From Clostridia bacterium (lineage in GTDB: Bacteria; Bacillota; Clostridia; Oscillospirales; CAG-272): a DNA stretch of 43,857 bases. Within the stretch, counting starts at the first letter, position 1. Each line of letters starts with the position of its first letter. Where the stretch lies: the NCBI GenBank assembly GCA_017456965.1, contig JAFTIJ010000178.1, positions 1 through 43,857 of the forward strand, in the 5' to 3' direction. Made by a program: the position numbers and the translations under genes. The notes below the pieces were generated by a model. That model had not been told where the DNA came from and ran no database searches. It worked only from the letters and a program-made list of their open reading frames with translations. Of the stretch, positions 42,443 to 43,857 are shown one piece after another.

Positions 42443-43306
42443 TCAGTTTGCTTTTTTATCGAAGAGTGCGCGGCGCTCGGTGGAGTATCGCATCATGTCG
42501 CGCAGTCCCTCCACGTCGTCCGTTTCCAGAAGACAACGCAGACGGTTCAGCTCGCCCTCAAAGAGGGTCATCTGATGCAGGAGGGCATCCTTGTTGAGTA
42601 AGAAGAGCTCGCTCCACATTTCGTCATTCATGCGTGCGATCCTCGTCAGATCACGGAAGGAGTCACCCGTGTAGTCCTGTAGGTTTTCTTCCTTCTGACA
42701 GGTCATCAGCGTCATGGCGATGCAATGCGTGAGCTGAGAAACGAAGCCGATGATCTGATCGTGCTTTTTCGGGGACAGGGAAGAGACTCTGGCAAAGCCA
42801 AGCGTTTCACCGAGGTCACGGCAGAGCTCGATTGCGTCCTCCGTATTTTTTTCGGAGGGCGTCACAACGTAGTTTGCGCCCTTGAAGATCGCGTCGCTAC
42901 TGTTCTGTACGCCGTAGACCTCGCGGCCCGCCATGGGGTGTGCCGCGATGAATTCCACGTCTGTGCGAAGCATCGTCTGGATCTTGTCCACGATCATGCC
43001 TTTGACACCCGTCACGTCCGTGATGACCGTGCCGGGCTTGAAGAGGTGCTGGTTCTCGCGGATCCAGTCGATCAGTACGTGGGGGTACAGTGCGAGAACG
43101 ACGAGATCTGCCTCGCCGACGAGCGCGGGATCGACAAAGGAAGCACCCTTGACGATGATATTTTCGGACAGCGCGTAATCAATAGAGCTCCGGCTTCTCG
43201 TAATGGCGGTGACGTAATACCCCTTTTTGACCAGCGCGCGGGCATAACTGCCGCCGAGCAGACCAAGGCCTACGATGAGAATTTTTTTGTCGGTAGTGAG
43301 TTTCAT
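42443..43306 (-). CDS. tyrA: prephenate dehydrogenase
   Basis: ILIVGLGLLGGS NAD fold and the AAHPMAGRE active-site motif. 287 aa. Confidence 0.85.
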   Translation of the reverse strand: MKLTTDKKILIVGLGLLGGSYARALVKKGYYVTAITRSRSSIDYALSENIIVKGASFVDPALVGEADLVVLALYPHVLIDWIRENQHLFKPGTVITDVTGVKGMIVDKIQTMLRTDVEFIAAHPMAGREVYGVQNSSDAIFKGANYVVTPSEKNTEDAIELCRDLGETLGFARVSSLSPKKHDQIIGFVSQLTHCIAMTLMTCQKEENLQDYTGDSFRDLTRIARMNDEMWSELFLLNKDALLHQMTLFEGELNRLRCLLETDDVEGLRDMMRYSTERRALFDKKAN

Positions 43307-43329
43307 ATCAAAAGTTCTTCCTTTCGTTC

Positions 43330-43857
43330 CTATTCGGTGACGATGTCTGCGCCGAGTGCGCGGATCATGTCAAAATATTCGGGCAGACTCTTTTTGACTG
43401 CCTGTGCACCGTCGATCGTGCCACCTGTCAGCAGGAGCAGGGTCGTCAGCGCCATGACGATGCGGTGATCGTTATGTCCTTGTAGCGTTTCTGTCGGTGC
43501 ATGGAACGTGAGCGGATAGACCACGATGGAGTCCTCGTGCACCGTGACCGAGACACCGAACTTGGCAAGCTCCATTGCCATCACGTGTCCTCGGTCGCTC
43601 TCCTTGATCTTTAAGCGCTTCGTTCCCGTAAAGACCGCGCCGTGCTTTGCCGCCGCGACCGCCATGAGGATCGGTCCGAGATCGGGGCAGTCGCCGATGT
43701 GGATCGTCGGTGTGCCGCCCTTGGAGAGCATCTCAAAAAATTTAATATAGGCTTTATCGCCCTGACTGCTGGATTCGCGCAGTCCCGTAATATTGATATC
43801 GTGTCCAAAAAGCTTCAGCGCCGCAAAGAATGCGGCATTGGAGTAGTCTCCCTCGAC
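43330..43857 (-). CDS. aroA: 3-phosphoshikimate 1-carboxyvinyltransferase (EPSP synthase), N-terminally truncated by the window edge
   Basis: The frame stays open to nt 43857 (VEGDYSNAAFFAAL...QGDKAY...). C-terminal motifs KESDR and DHRIVMAL are present. Confidence 0.9.
   Translation of the reverse strand, partial: VEGDYSNAAFFAALKLFGHDINITGLRESSSQGDKAYIKFFEMLSKGGTPTIHIGDCPDLGPILMAVAAAKHGAVFTGTKRLKIKESDRGHVMAMELAKFGVSVTVHEDSIVVYPLTFHAPTETLQGHNDHRIVMALTTLLLLTGGTIDGAQAVKKSLPEYFDMIRALGADIVTE

Noticed and set aside
1-43857. Search for CRISPR arrays, tRNA/rRNA genes, IS elements, integrases, phage genes or known defence-system signatures
   Set aside because: None was seen by eye. There are no spaced perfect repeats, no tRNA-like T-arm motifs in the intergenic regions, and no transposase, recombinase, nuclease or helicase-like ORFs.

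Overview
43.9-kb chromosomal window from a high-GC, Gram-positive-type genome. It looks Clostridia-like: GGAGG ribosome-binding sites, lipobox lipoproteins, Rex, Hdr/Flx-type genes. No rRNA, tRNA, CRISPR array, transposase or integrase was seen. There are five blocks. (1) 1-2690: a truncated hypothetical gene and a DUF4091-like putative glycoside hydrolase. (2) 2700-14150: an envelope module. It holds an ECF-type sigma factor, a single-pass anti-sigma-like protein, two paralogous lipoproteins, a Cys/His-rich lipoprotein, two different FtsX-family permeases and one ABC ATPase. A diverged second copy of the triad (Cys-rich lipoprotein, FtsX, FtsX) follows, and both of its permease genes carry a single in-frame stop codon. 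(3) 14183-19237: a BspA-type LRR protein and a flotillin on the minus strand. The flotillin has a near-consensus promoter and a roughly 200-nt structured leader that contains an intrinsic terminator. A LysR-type regulator is transcribed divergently. (4) 19743-33595: one tightly packed redox locus with an LDH-family dehydrogenase (predicted malate dehydrogenase), fumC, hdrBCA, mvhD, three Flx/HydBG-like electron-transfer genes, anchor-less frdB/frdA-like genes, GTP-PEPCK and rex. I read this as a complete PEP-to-succinate branch whose fumarate reductase is wired into an Hdr/Flx module, making it a candidate electron-bifurcating enzyme. (5) 33776-41291: a second sigma/anti-sigma pair bracketed by two large membrane-anchored YD-repeat proteins. 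Their N-terminal domain recurs in the lipoproteins of block 2. An AT-richer segment with two small polytopic membrane proteins follows. The window ends with aromatic amino-acid genes on the minus strand (DAHP synthase, tyrA, partial aroA). All family assignments come from motif recognition by eye. No database search was run.
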